Positions 30,690 through 41,758 of a stretch of 64,000 nucleotides of DNA are shown here, piece by piece. Made by a program: the position numbers and the translations under genes. Origin of the DNA: Paramoeba atlantica (taxonomy: Eukaryota > Protista > Discosea). Under the pieces are notes generated by a model. It ran no database searches, was not told the origin of the DNA, and saw nothing but the letters and a program-made list of their open reading frames with translations. Every line of letters starts with the position of its first letter. The first letter of the stretch is position 1. The stretch lies in assembly GCA_977017575.1 (NCBI GenBank), contig CDRNVI010000049.1, forward strand, positions 124,001 through 188,000. The letters run 5' to 3'.

Positions 30690-31025
30690 ATGAGCAAATC
30701 TGAAGAAAGCAATTCCCCTAAAAAGGCTGTGTGGCCCTCAACACAATATATTAAGAGCAAGGAGAAAGTCAAAAATATGGAACTTGAAGTTAAAAAGGCA
30801 AAAAGGTCGTTGGAGTCCGAGTACACGGATCTCGATCCCTTTTCGATCACCGTGAAATGTATTCCTGTGGAGGTGGGCAAAGAAAATTTTCGAACGTTTT
30901 TTTCGTCCTTCGGAACGATTGGCAAAATGACCCTTCTGTCTAACAAACATCTCGCCTTTGATTGTTATGAAACATTTGAACAGGCGAAACGTGCTGAACA
31001 CGCATGCCGATGCAAGTGCATCTAA
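30690..31025 (+). CDS. Short RRM-domain protein, possibly truncated
   Basis: SITVKCIPVEVGKENFRTFFSSFGTIGKMTLLSNKHLAFDCYETFEQAKRA resembles an RRM (RNP2 to RNP1); it stops before a clear beta-4 strand. Confidence 0.55.
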   Translation: MSKSEESNSPKKAVWPSTQYIKSKEKVKNMELEVKKAKRSLESEYTDLDPFSITVKCIPVEVGKENFRTFFSSFGTIGKMTLLSNKHLAFDCYETFEQAKRAEHACRCKCI

Positions 31026-31979
31026 AAGGAAAAATCAAAAAGCGGTGGTAGTCTTCAACGCGAAGCGCGCAGCATGAGTAACTCATGTTACTCATTCATG
31101 TTGACAACAACCACTGCGTTTAACGAAGAGCCTAAATTAGGGGTGCGGTCGTACCTTTGGAATGGGAAAAAAAGAACTACAAGTGTAGCGCCCAAGTCAA
31201 AGAGCGCGCAAGTTATCAGGCACACATAAAAATGTATTTGTAAGAAAACTGAACGAAAAGGAGATAAATAAATGAAGATGATTGAAAAAAGGGTGCAGTA
31301 GAGCCTTAGAAAACAAAATGGAGAATTAAGGGACGGTTAATTACGGGACACTTTGGACCTGGTGGGGGATGTCCCTTAATTAACCCGTCCCGTAATAAAT
31401 GCCATGCACTGTAATGGAAAAAAGGGTTACCATAAAAGTATTAAAAAATACAGTATCATAAGAAGCTACTCAAGCGCCGATCCCGACCGATCCCACCTGA
31501 TAAGTGACAAGGCCCTCCAGGTTTCAGCCCTCTAATAAGTGTGCGGGGGGTTTAATAAAAAACGGGAGAAAGGGAATTTTTACTCAAAAGAATATGACCA
31601 CCGAAAAATCGCCGCTTCGCGGCGGGAACGCCGAATAAGACAGCGATCGGCAGAATATGGCAGAATACGGCAGAATAGTCAGTTGCCTCCCTTCTAAATT
31701 CATAGTTTATTGGTCCCCAGTTTTATTCTCTATATGACATGCGCAAACAAGCGTCACGGAGATCTTCAAAATGTAACAAAAATTAGCCCAAACGGACAAA
31801 GCAACAAAAATTTGGAAGGGGGTGACTTATCGTGTCCCGGGGTTTATGTGGGGCTCGCGGTAATTGGCTTTATTAAATTGGATTAAATTTTACGAAAATA
31901 GATAAGTTATCGAATACGCAATATTCAATATTATTTATTTTGCTTTAAAAGGTCATTATTCATTTTAGCCCACGAATGC

Positions 31980-32618
31980 ATGGATGCAACGAAGCCTACA
32001 ATCCAATACAGTTTTTTGACAGGTAAAAAATTGCCATTGTACATATGTGAGAAACTTTCTCACGCTTTGGGGCATCGCAGCTTTACAGGTAAATTCTGGA
32101 TTACTGCAAAGCAACTTCGCAATTGCGCTCTCAAACCTCGACGTGGAGAACGTCCCATGGACATCGTTTGTCAATTTAACGATCTCAAAAATACTGTTGT
32201 GGTACAGTTCTACAATTTGGAACAACTTCATCGCGAATCCAAGGAGTCGCGATGTAATATGTTTTACAAAGTAAACAGAAACTCGGAGACTAAGAGCGAA
32301 AGCTCCGAAACGGATTCCCGCGAAGAGAAATTCTGCGTTATGCGTAGTTTTTCTTCTAAAGATTCGTTTCCCAATCCGATGCAAAAGCGTTTTCTGCAGA
32401 TGTATAAAACGCGGCAGCTAAGTTCCCCCTATTGGGTCTCTGAGGATAAGCTTCAAGTATTGGATATGTCTCCTTCGCCGAATGCCCAATGCCTCTCATA
32501 TGACAAGGCAGGGGGTACTGTACGTCGCTGGTATAACATAGATGATGTTTCTAATTTCTATTCCGTTTTTCCTCAATATCGCAATGGCGCTGGTCCTCAT
32601 TTGCTTCTCCATCCTTAG
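31980..32618 (+). CDS. Tc38/RBP38-family (ArdC-like ssDNA/RNA-binding) kinetoplastid protein
   Basis: Two copies of the family pattern: FWITAKQL...PRRGERP...FYNLEQL and YWVSEDKL...RWYNIDDV. Confidence 0.72.
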   Translation: MDATKPTIQYSFLTGKKLPLYICEKLSHALGHRSFTGKFWITAKQLRNCALKPRRGERPMDIVCQFNDLKNTVVVQFYNLEQLHRESKESRCNMFYKVNRNSETKSESSETDSREEKFCVMRSFSSKDSFPNPMQKRFLQMYKTRQLSSPYWVSEDKLQVLDMSPSPNAQCLSYDKAGGTVRRWYNIDDVSNFYSVFPQYRNGAGPHLLLHP

Positions 32619-32904
32619 TGAGGATTCCTCACAAAGACGAGAATATTCCAAACGCTTAACATTGTAGTAATCTCTTTTCTCATTCCATTCTTTCTAATCT
32701 TTCAGCACAAAATGATCATTCACAATCACGTAACAATTCATTTGGAAAAAACATTACAGGATGCGATTTGCCTCTACCATGATTACAAAAGCACTAGAAT
32801 CACACCTTGCCCTCTTGCCTACTATTTTGACACCCCTTTTATCTGGCCAGTACTATCATTTCGCGGAACTTTATCTCAAACGATCGTAGACTTCCTACCG
32901 TATA

Positions 32905-33240
32905 CCCCCCAGTAAGAGAATGGGTTTTGGGTCGAAATGGCCAAATCTCTCATACTGGGGGGGTATGCTTTTTTGGCCAGTTTCCTCTTTTCTCTCAACT
33001 TTTTTGACTATTTTTCCATTTTTTCTTGTGAAAACGTGTTAAAACGCTTCTTTGGGTTACCCCCGAGGCACCCAATATGCAGACACCCACCCCCTACCCC
33101 CTATACGCCTCCTGTGGGGCTCCCGAGCCAAATCTCTCTTACTGGGGGTCAGCCCAAAAAGGGCCAAATCTCTCTTACTGGGGAGTACCTTACTGGGGGG
33201 GTATACAGTAGTATGATACCCCCCAGTAAGAGAGCTTCGG
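32905..33240. mobile_element. Cluster of TA-flanked mini inverted-repeat element ends (CCCCCCAGTAAGAGA family)
   Basis: TA-CCCCCCAGTAAGAGA...TCTCTCATACTGGGGGGG-TA at 32905-32963. Further ends: CTTACTGGGGGGG-TA ending 33201 and TA-CCCCCCAGTAAGAGAG from 33219. Repeated AATCTCTCTTACTGGGG in between. Confidence 0.6.
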
Positions 33241-34148
33241 CCCTTTTTGGGTTTACACGCAGTAAGACTCTTACTCTCTTAAAGAGAGATTTGGCTCCGA
33301 AATCTGACTGGTTCGGGAGGCCTCTTGACTGGCCTTGTAGTTGTCCTGACATTCTTGGACATCCTGGTTCCTGAGGCCCAGAGGTATGAAAAACGAAAGA
33401 AAAAACGTACTGCAGGCGCTCCCTAGTTATCTGTCACACGGCACCCCGCTTAGTTATCTGTCACTTTTTGGTCCTAAATTTTTTCCCGTCGCCCACTATC
33501 CCCTGTAGTTACAGTATCTGTCAGTATACATTACATTAGTGTAACATTACATTAGTGTGTACATTACATTACACATTACAGTATCTGTACAGTATCTGTC
33601 ACACGTCATCCCCCCGCTAGTTAACTGTGATTTTTTTCGTCATGTTTAAAAAACAAACGAATCTTTTACTTGCTTTCTTTTCAGTCTGAAAATGAATGGT
33701 CCTGTGTAGGAAGAAATGAAAGGGAAGACCACAAGGAGGTCCCAACCATATTTCCCCATTACGCACTCACATCAGGAGTGGTAAATTTTACAAATGTCTA
33801 CTCCCGTAGTCTACTCCTTCCTCGGAGTACTATCAAGTACATGTGCAGATAAACATGAACTAAACGCAATGAGCTGACAAAACGAAATAACAAAAACATT
33901 GAAAAATAATTCTGGCGCAGCTTCGCGCCGCAGCCAACCCCAAAAAAAAGGACTCTTAGGTAGGGGGTACAGTACTAAACAAAGGAATCCGAAAAACATT
34001 TTTTACTAAAATATGGCAAGCATTTTCACAACATTTTTCAGTTTAAAGCAATTATCGTACAGTTCTGCACTGTATGTCTATGAATTTCAATGTCGTTATG
34101 ACTTAACCAGCCATACCCACGTGCAACCCCAACCACCCTCCCTCAACC

Positions 34149-35417
34149 ATGCATCACAACACCTTACCCATCCGCAAATCCGCAACCTATGAGGCCTCTC
34201 ATCTGCTTGCCGCTCAAAGCATTTGGAATCTTCACTTCTCCTCCTCTAAACACATCCTGCGTGACACGCCCACTTTTGCGAAATCTCATCCCGCGATCCC
34301 GATCTTCCGCATCCTCTCTCTCAAGGGGGAAATCCCTTCCTCTCTTCAAGCCCCCTTTCAGCGTAGATTAAATGACCATGCAGCCATGACGGCGTATAGA
34401 ACCATGGTAGTACTACGATGTCTCGATGCCTACCTCTTAGAGAGTCAACGACAGGGGCGGATCTCGTTTTACTTAACCCATACAGGGGAAGAGGGGCTGC
34501 AGGTCGGCAGCGCGGCAGCGTTGGACCCGACCGATGTGATTTATGGACAGTACCGGGAGCTCGGGGTTCTGTTATCTCGGGGTTACACTTTGGAGGAGGT
34601 GATTGCACAATGCATGGGATCGGTGAAAGATAAAGGAAAGGGACGACAAATGCCGGTGCACTACGGCAGTGATAAATTGCGTTACCACACGGTGTCCTCT
34701 CCTTTAGGGACGCAACTGCCCCAGGCCGCGGGGTGCGGGTATGGGCTTCGTATGGAGAAAGGGCCCGGGAGGGTATGTGTGTGCTATTTCGGAGATGGGG
34801 CAGCCTCGGAGGGGGACTTTCATGCGGCCCTGAATATGGCGGCTACCTTGCGCTGTCGGACGATATTCTTCTGCCGCAACAATGGATATGCGATATCTAC
34901 GCCCTGCGTTGAGCAGTACGCTGGAGACGGTATCGGTTGCCGGGGGAGTAGCTATGGAATTCCTTCCATACGGGTAGATGGCAACGATGTTCTTGCCGTT
35001 TTTGAGGCAACGCGACAAGCTCGTAAGCTTTGCATAGAAGAGAACAAACCTGTACTTATTGAAGCGCTTACGTATCGTGAAGGACACCATAGTAGTTCCG
35101 ATGACTCTTCGTGTTACCGAAATAACCAAGAGATGCAGGAGAAGGCTAAAAAGGCATTGGGTGACCCTATTCAACGGTTTGAAAAATACTTAGAGGGTAG
35201 AAATTTATGGAATCCCGAGTTGAAAGATGTATTCTTGCAAAATACGCGTCAATCTATCCTTAAGCTTTTACATAAACACGAAAATTTACCTAAACTCTCT
35301 CCAGTGAGCTTGCTTGATGATGTTTATGACGTGAAATCCCCTCATTTACAAACGCAGCAACAAGAACTCGATGTTTATCTTCAAAAATATCATAAAACGA
35401 ATAATGAATTGACATGA
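34149..35417 (+). CDS. BCKDHA: Branched-chain 2-oxoacid dehydrogenase E1 alpha subunit
   Basis: RQGRISFY, QYRELGVL, GKGRQMPVHYGS, TPP-binding YFGDGAASEGDFHAALN, FCRNNGYAIST, RVDGND and TYREGHHSSSDDS. Confidence 0.96.
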   Translation: MHHNTLPIRKSATYEASHLLAAQSIWNLHFSSSKHILRDTPTFAKSHPAIPIFRILSLKGEIPSSLQAPFQRRLNDHAAMTAYRTMVVLRCLDAYLLESQRQGRISFYLTHTGEEGLQVGSAAALDPTDVIYGQYRELGVLLSRGYTLEEVIAQCMGSVKDKGKGRQMPVHYGSDKLRYHTVSSPLGTQLPQAAGCGYGLRMEKGPGRVCVCYFGDGAASEGDFHAALNMAATLRCRTIFFCRNNGYAISTPCVEQYAGDGIGCRGSSYGIPSIRVDGNDVLAVFEATRQARKLCIEENKPVLIEALTYREGHHSSSDDSSCYRNNQEMQEKAKKALGDPIQRFEKYLEGRNLWNPELKDVFLQNTRQSILKLLHKHENLPKLSPVSLLDDVYDVKSPHLQTQQQELDVYLQKYHKTNNELT

Positions 35418-35607
35418 TTCCATCAAGCATAACTTCTTTTTAACGAAGGATGTACCGCAGCCCCATCTCGTAGCATGACAAAAGGTACAATTGTTTGAGT
35501 GATGTCTTTTGACCCACGCCTTTTCTTTGGTACATGTCTTTGTTTCTCCATGTACAATGTTGTGTTTAGCTCGCTGATCTCAAAATCGTAGATAGATATT
35601 TGCAGAA

Positions 35608-36546
35608 ATGTTGCAGGATATGATTGGAAACGGGGGCGTTGACCCAATGAAAGTATTTATTTCTCTTCCAGTGGCACCAATCGTACGGGCCATTGCGCTA
35701 CAACAGGCTGCTCACGTGATAGGCGCTGTATTGTGTGGTGCCTTCATGCAGCACAGTCTATTCTTACTGGTACCAAAGTTTTTACGGTGGGTGTCAAAGT
35801 TTCAATTATTGGAGAATGTTCAAAAATGGCTTTTCACGACTGAAACGAATCTCTCTGTTTCGGGGCCCACTGCAAATGATGTTTACAAGCATGGTAGGCA
35901 AGAATCTGTAAATATTGAGTTGATGTGTCATCGAAAAATGTATAGGTGGTGGACCGACAATGCAATACATGTTGGTAAGATTCAGTTATATCGGATGGGA
36001 ACGGAACTTACGATCTGTGCTTTGCTCCAAATGTTTTTATCTCCTGTGGTTCCTGGGCTGGAGGCAAACGACGTGGAGTCATCACTGTCAGCATATCAGA
36101 TGTGGATCCTCGGTCGGGCGTTTGAAGCACACTGGCTGCAGTGTATGTTTCATCTCCCAGACGTTATCGCATGCCGTGGTTCTTCCGTGTATATCCCATG
36201 GAGCACTTGTATTTCCCTGCAAGGGTCGCTTTCGATTTCGCAGGCCACGGCACTTCACACAATACAAGCGTTATCCGAGGAATCATTGCGTATTTTAACT
36301 ACAATATCAACGCTTGGAGTACACGGGGGCCTTTTACTTTGTGTGTTCTCTTCAATCCTGCGGACTTTTTCGATCACACACGGTGGACGGTTCATATACA
36401 ATCATCCTGATGCATTCAAACATATACTTGGCGTATGTCGTCAGGAACGGGGAAAGGCCTATTTATCTTCCTTGTTCAGTTATTTAATGACGCGAAGTGG
36501 GGCGGAAGTGAGTCGCGATTCAAGTGGTTGCATAACGTCTAGATGA
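35608..36546 (+). CDS. Hypothetical protein with hydrophobic segments
   Basis: 312-aa ORF on the coding strand filling the gap between BCKDHA and fumarate hydratase; no motif recognised. Confidence 0.5.
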   Translation: MLQDMIGNGGVDPMKVFISLPVAPIVRAIALQQAAHVIGAVLCGAFMQHSLFLLVPKFLRWVSKFQLLENVQKWLFTTETNLSVSGPTANDVYKHGRQESVNIELMCHRKMYRWWTDNAIHVGKIQLYRMGTELTICALLQMFLSPVVPGLEANDVESSLSAYQMWILGRAFEAHWLQCMFHLPDVIACRGSSVYIPWSTCISLQGSLSISQATALHTIQALSEESLRILTTISTLGVHGGLLLCVFSSILRTFSITHGGRFIYNHPDAFKHILGVCRQERGKAYLSSLFSYLMTRSGAEVSRDSSGCITSR

Positions 36547-36882
36547 TAAAAGCCGATATAATTTAGGTGTAGATAAACGTGCACAGCTTCACAGGGGCTC
36601 ACAAACTAACATTACTTTTCTCGAACGGTATTTTTTTTCAACAGTACTTCTCTCGAAAAGTAAAAGCAAATTCTTTTAATGATTAAATTTTTTGAACGCA
36701 GCAGAGCAATTCTTCTAACCCGGGGTGGGGGATACTATTTAAATGTTTTTTTTTAAATTAAATTAAATTAAATATTTAAATTAACTTTAAGATATAAATT
36801 GCAGGTTAATATTTTGATTTTATTTAGATATTCTCTAAATTACATTAACATTCTAAGTTACTTTAAGAGTTTGTACTATCAA

Positions 36883-38538
36883 ATGGTTCAGCGTAGTCTT
36901 CGCACGCTTCAAGCCGTCTCAGCCCCTGCGTTTGCTTACACTCCAATCTTTCCATGTGTACCGGAAGCTCCGTACCGTCTTATTTCTCGCAATCATGTCA
37001 AAACCCACTCCATTCAGGGGCGTGAAATTCTGGAAATCGAGCCACAGGGTTTGAGTTTGCTCGCCGCAACGGCTTTTAGCGACATGGCTCACCTCTTGCG
37101 GCCGGGACACCTTCAACAATTACGTCGCATCTTGGATGATCCTGAAGCGAGTGACAACGATCACTTTGTGGCACTTCAAATGCTAAAGAATGCAAATATC
37201 GCCGCTGGTCGTATACTACCAGGATGTCAGGATACGGGAACCGCCATTGTGGCAGGCTACAAGGGACAGCACGTGTGGACGAATGAAAATGACGAAGAGA
37301 GCCTCTCCCTGGGCATTTTCAAGACGTACACGGAGACGAACTTGCGGTACTCTCAGTTGGCTCCCTTGACAATGTATCAAGAAAAAAATACAGGAACCAA
37401 CCTTCCCGCTCAGATTGATTTGTATGCAACGAAAGGAAATGAGTATCACTTCCTGTTTGTAGCAAAAGGGGGAGGAAGCGCGAACAAAAGCTTTCTGTTT
37501 CAGGAGACCAAGGCGTTGCTTAATCCCCAAAGTCTACATCGATTCCTCAAGGAGAAGCTCGCATGTTTTGGTACCGCGGCCTGTCCGCCCTACCATGTGG
37601 CCGTGGTAATCGGCGGCACCAGCGCAGAAATGACCTTAAAAACCGTCAAATACGCCAGTTGTCGGTACTACGACAACCTCCCCACCAAAGGTTCCCCCCT
37701 CGGCCACGCCTACCGCGACCTTGAAATGGAAAAAGAAGTTCTTGAAATATGCCAAAAAATTGGTCTCGGGGCCCAATTCGGGGGGAAATACTACGCCCAC
37801 GACGTCCGTGTACTCCGTCTCCCCCGTCACGGTGCCTCCTGTCCCATCGGCATCGGTGTCTCCTGCTCCGCGGACCGTCAAGTCCTTGGCAAAATCACCC
37901 CCGACGGGATCTTCCTCGAACAGCTCGAGACCAACCCGGCACAGTATCTCCCCGAGGTCACGGAATCCGACCTCCTGCGAACCCCCGCAATCGAGATTAA
38001 CCTGAACCAACCCATGGACACGCTCCGGGATCAGCTCTCCACACTTCCCATCCAGACCCGACTACGGCTCACGGGGACGCTAATCGTTGCACGGGACACC
38101 GCGCACGCCAGGCTACGGGAAATCTTACTCTCCGGTCAGCCGCTGCCGGATTACTTCAAGGACCACGCGGTTTACTACGCCGGCCCGGCCAAGTGCCCCG
38201 CAGGGTACCCCAGCGGTTCGTTTGGCCCCACCACAGCCGGGCGAATGGACCAATTTGTGGATTTGTTTCAAAAAGCGGGGGGGTCGTTTGTGATGCTAGC
38301 AAAGGGCAACCGAAGCAAGGAGGTCACAAAGGCGTGTAAGGAGAATAAAGGGTTTTACCTCGGAAGTATTGGAGGCCCAGCGGCGGTGCTCGCGACGGAG
38401 TCCATTAAGAAGGTGGAGGTGGTGGATTTTCCCGAGCTCGGGATGGAGGCGGTGTGGAGGATTGAGGTGGTGGATTTTCCAGCGTTTCTGGTCGTGGATG
38501 ATAAGGGGAATGATTTTTTTACGAAAATTATGGCATGA
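36883..38538 (+). CDS. Class I (Fe-S) fumarate hydratase, probably mitochondrial
   Basis: [68 protein letters not shown] and GPTTAGRM; presequence-like [10 protein letters not shown]. First ATG at 36883. Confidence 0.96.
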   Translation: MVQRSLRTLQAVSAPAFAYTPIFPCVPEAPYRLISRNHVKTHSIQGREILEIEPQGLSLLAATAFSDMAHLLRPGHLQQLRRILDDPEASDNDHFVALQMLKNANIAAGRILPGCQDTGTAIVAGYKGQHVWTNENDEESLSLGIFKTYTETNLRYSQLAPLTMYQEKNTGTNLPAQIDLYATKGNEYHFLFVAKGGGSANKSFLFQETKALLNPQSLHRFLKEKLACFGTAACPPYHVAVVIGGTSAEMTLKTVKYASCRYYDNLPTKGSPLGHAYRDLEMEKEVLEICQKIGLGAQFGGKYYAHDVRVLRLPRHGASCPIGIGVSCSADRQVLGKITPDGIFLEQLETNPAQYLPEVTESDLLRTPAIEINLNQPMDTLRDQLSTLPIQTRLRLTGTLIVARDTAHARLREILLSGQPLPDYFKDHAVYYAGPAKCPAGYPSGSFGPTTAGRMDQFVDLFQKAGGSFVMLAKGNRSKEVTKACKENKGFYLGSIGGPAAVLATESIKKVEVVDFPELGMEAVWRIEVVDFPAFLVVDDKGNDFFTKIMA

Positions 38539-38979
38539 GGAGGTGAGTTGTGTAAAAGACGTGAGTTGTGAAAGCTGGGGAAAGAACACTGGGCGCGAGG
38601 TAAATCTGTGCGATACTGTACATAGGGGGTACTTTATCTGGATGTCTTGTGGAGTATTACAAAGCGAAGCACAAATCTTGGTATGTCGGGTTTACTGATT
38701 AGAGGTATTTGTGAGATATTCATGCATAACCCATCTTTATGAAGTATTCATAAATAACCCATTTTCTGTTCATAGACGCATGTTTGCAATAGAAATCACA
38801 TCATTTTCGGAAATAGCTAGTATAGTTTGCAAAGTAGGTTCACATCACATCAACTTACCACGCTCTTCCCTTTCTTATCTTTCGCAATCACACTTACAAT
38901 TTCTTTTTCTTTTGCAACCTCTTTTTCTGCACTTAATACTTGACTTTCTTCTCATGTCCTCCCGCACCCATACCATCTT

Positions 38980-39640
38980 TTGCCAATTTGCTCGTATGCT
39001 TCGGACGTTATCCCGTTGAAAATTCGGTAGATGCTTCTTCAGGTCAAGGCCTTGTAAAAGAAGCCTTGGGAAGAATTTCCCAAGTTCCCGCGAAGAATGC
39101 GAACATGTTGTTCTGCATTCATGTTCCCATAGACTAGAACCATCTTTTTCCACAGGTACCATCCAGCATCATAACATGGTGGAGCCCCCCGTACTTTATA
39201 GTCCCAGGAGTCGTTCACCCACTTAATCCTTCTCTGGGGGACTTGTGCACCCAGTTGTTCCTAACATTCACAAAACCGAAAAGTTTCGTCTCGTCCGAAC
39301 ATAGCACCCAGGACCAATCTGCGAAGGTCCAATGAGGGAGTCAAATGGCAAACTTCAATCTAGGTTCCTTATCGTCGGGTCACCTTTGTCTTCGTGACAC
39401 GCTTACGGGCTCGCAGTCCCTTTGAGCGCAGAGCAATGCGGACTGACTGGGGGATAAGTGAACTACGTTCTTCATGCGACCTCCTGCTTACAGCACCGAC
39501 ATTTTTTTTCACCACATGTGATCAGACGTTTCATGCGTCGCGGGCATGTGTCTGTGATCTTGCAGCGGCGTCCGCTTTCTGAATTATCTCTTCATGAATG
39601 GTGCGTTTTTCTCGCTTTGGAAAAAATTTCTGGGATGAGC
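38980..39640 (-). pseudogene. Degraded Tc1-family transposase
   Basis: Minus-strand fragments across frameshifts and stops: SGRRCKITD, VRIALRSKGLRARKRV, WSWVLCSDETK, PGTIKYGG and FQRDN. Confidence 0.75.
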
Positions 39641-39834
39641 TTGTGCTCGCCCGCAACTTTAGGACATACTTTCCTGATTTAAAAACCCAATTTTAAACGA
39701 AAACTACTCAAACGACAAATCTCTTCAATTAAAAAACGATAAATCTCCTTCTGTGCATAATTTTTCAATAAGTTAACTTTTCGAGCGCAACAGAGCTATT
39801 TTTCTACATCTTATTTGTTGCATTGATCGCGATA

Positions 39835-40683
39835 ATGTTGGTTACCAGCGCGTTGCATAATGTTTGCTTTGCCGATATGCCAACGGCAAAACAAGCAAAC
39901 CGTCCGAATAAAGTACGAGGAACTGACCTTCCGCAAGAATATGAACTGGCTCGATTCACTGCAGACATTGTAAATCCGCATCCTTCATGGATCACATCAA
40001 TCCCTGCGTGTGAATGGCATGCTGTGCTCTGTAACGAAAAACGTGATGTGATCACTATAAATTGGGATAGCATGGGTCTAGCAGGATCACTGCGCTGGGA
40101 CTCGATATGTCGCACATTGAGTGCATTGTCGGTGGATTATTACCCAAGCAGTGGTCAACATCCTAATCGACTTACAGGAAAGGTAACGTTTGATCATTTT
40201 CCATCTCAAGTTACCTTTCTAGGATTATCACACAATTTGTTTAGCGGTGAATTGCATTTAGAGTACTTGCCACAATTGCTACGTGATTTCTATTCCACAG
40301 AAAACCAATTTGAAGGCAAGGTTGATTTATGTCACCTTCCCTCGAGTCTGGTAGAACTTTTCATTGATCGAAATAATCTCTCTGGAAACATCGACCTTGG
40401 AAGCTTGCCGCGGATCATCGAATATCTTAACTTTTCCCACAACAAATTCACTGGGATCCTTGATCTGCGGCATTTGCCCTCAACAATTCAGTTTCTTAGC
40501 TGTAACGACAACTTTTTCGTTGGTACATTACTACTTGATTGTCTTCCTAATGCACTACAAGATCTAGATGTACATAACAACTCAGAACTCTGTGGTACTG
40601 TCAAAATGTCAGTCTTTAACAGCTGCCCAAGCTTTACGCAGGTTCACGTGACAGGTACGAAGATCTGCCTAAGATATTTATGA
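39835..40683 (+). CDS. Leucine-rich repeat protein
   Basis: CEWHAVLCNEKRDVITINW cap plus ~7 LRRs (LP..l..l.l..N.F.G.lDL). A hydrophobic in-frame stretch lies upstream of the first ATG. Confidence 0.87.
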   Translation: MLVTSALHNVCFADMPTAKQANRPNKVRGTDLPQEYELARFTADIVNPHPSWITSIPACEWHAVLCNEKRDVITINWDSMGLAGSLRWDSICRTLSALSVDYYPSSGQHPNRLTGKVTFDHFPSQVTFLGLSHNLFSGELHLEYLPQLLRDFYSTENQFEGKVDLCHLPSSLVELFIDRNNLSGNIDLGSLPRIIEYLNFSHNKFTGILDLRHLPSTIQFLSCNDNFFVGTLLLDCLPNALQDLDVHNNSELCGTVKMSVFNSCPSFTQVHVTGTKICLRYL

Positions 40684-41098
40684 TATTACACGCTTTCTAT
40701 GGGTTGCTTCTTATTGTAAGGTCACCTCGTGGAATATGTCTAAACGAACGGCATTATTCGTTGTGTTTGGAGAAAGAATACGTTCTTAATCGAAAACTCT
40801 TTTTCATCGATAAGATTAATTATTTATTGAAATCTCATATTCGGTTCATACGCGCATGTTTATAGTAGAAATCGCATCATGCTCTATAGTTCGAAAATTC
40901 ACTTTCCTAAGTCCACAACCTCGGTCTCCCCACTCCCCATTTTATTCTTACCTTTCCTTTTGTCGAAATCAGCTGTCTAAATCAGGTAAATTGTCGATTT
41001 AGTACATAGAGCTGGTCATAAATCGAGAGAATAACTCTATGAGACGAATTGTAGACTATAATTTCTATGTTTAGCATACAAATTATTGGGAATTTTAA

Positions 41099-41702
41099 CA
41101 GGGGTCCGAATAACTATAAAACTTTATTATAGGTACTTTAAAGTACCTATATTTATTTTTCCCTACCTTTATCTACCTTTATTTTTTTGTCAATGATTTA
41201 CGCTGTAATCGTACTATTTTTGTGAAAATTTTCAATGCCTAGACGCTCGGATAGCAACCCAGAAAGTCGCGCTGAATTTGTTGAGTCTCACTATAAGGAG
41301 GTGGAGGCCGGAAAGCGGGTATATGAATGTCAACTCTGCAATGCACCGGACAAGCGGAATTTTTTTTGCGAAAAAGGTATTCGCACGTCATACCCTTCTG
41401 CCCTGAGCCATATAGAAAAGATTCATGACAAAACTTTCGAAGCATGGCTGCAGGAGAAGCGAGCCAGAAAGCGCGAGACGGAAAATACTGTTGACAGCCT
41501 GATGTCAAGTCCAATAAAGCTTTCGAAGGTGTTCGAAAAGATGATCAAATGGAAGTGTGATCATGGAGTGTCGAACGCGGCCATTCAGGATCCACTTTTC
41601 AAATGGTTGAAAGGCGCAGATTTTTTTTGTACAACCCCGTTCACGAAAAAATATTATTTTTTCTACCTATATATAAACTATATAAAGTTATTCGGACCCC
41701 TG
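41099..41702 (+). mobile_element. Internally deleted hAT transposon (604 bp) retaining a BED zinc finger
   Basis: Perfect 17-bp TIR CAGGGGTCCGAATAACT; perfect 8-bp TSD AATTTTAA at 41091-41098 and 41703-41710; ORF from 41235 with YECQLC...SHIEKIH. Confidence 0.9.
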
Positions 41703-41758
41703 AATTTTAAAGTTATCAGTACGGAATCTTTTTCCCATTCATGGTATGCACTTTTCAT

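Noticed and set aside
36883-38538. Bacterial-type class I fumarate hydratase as a novel horizontal transfer
   Set aside because: Class I Fe-S fumarate hydratases are already well known in kinetoplastids.
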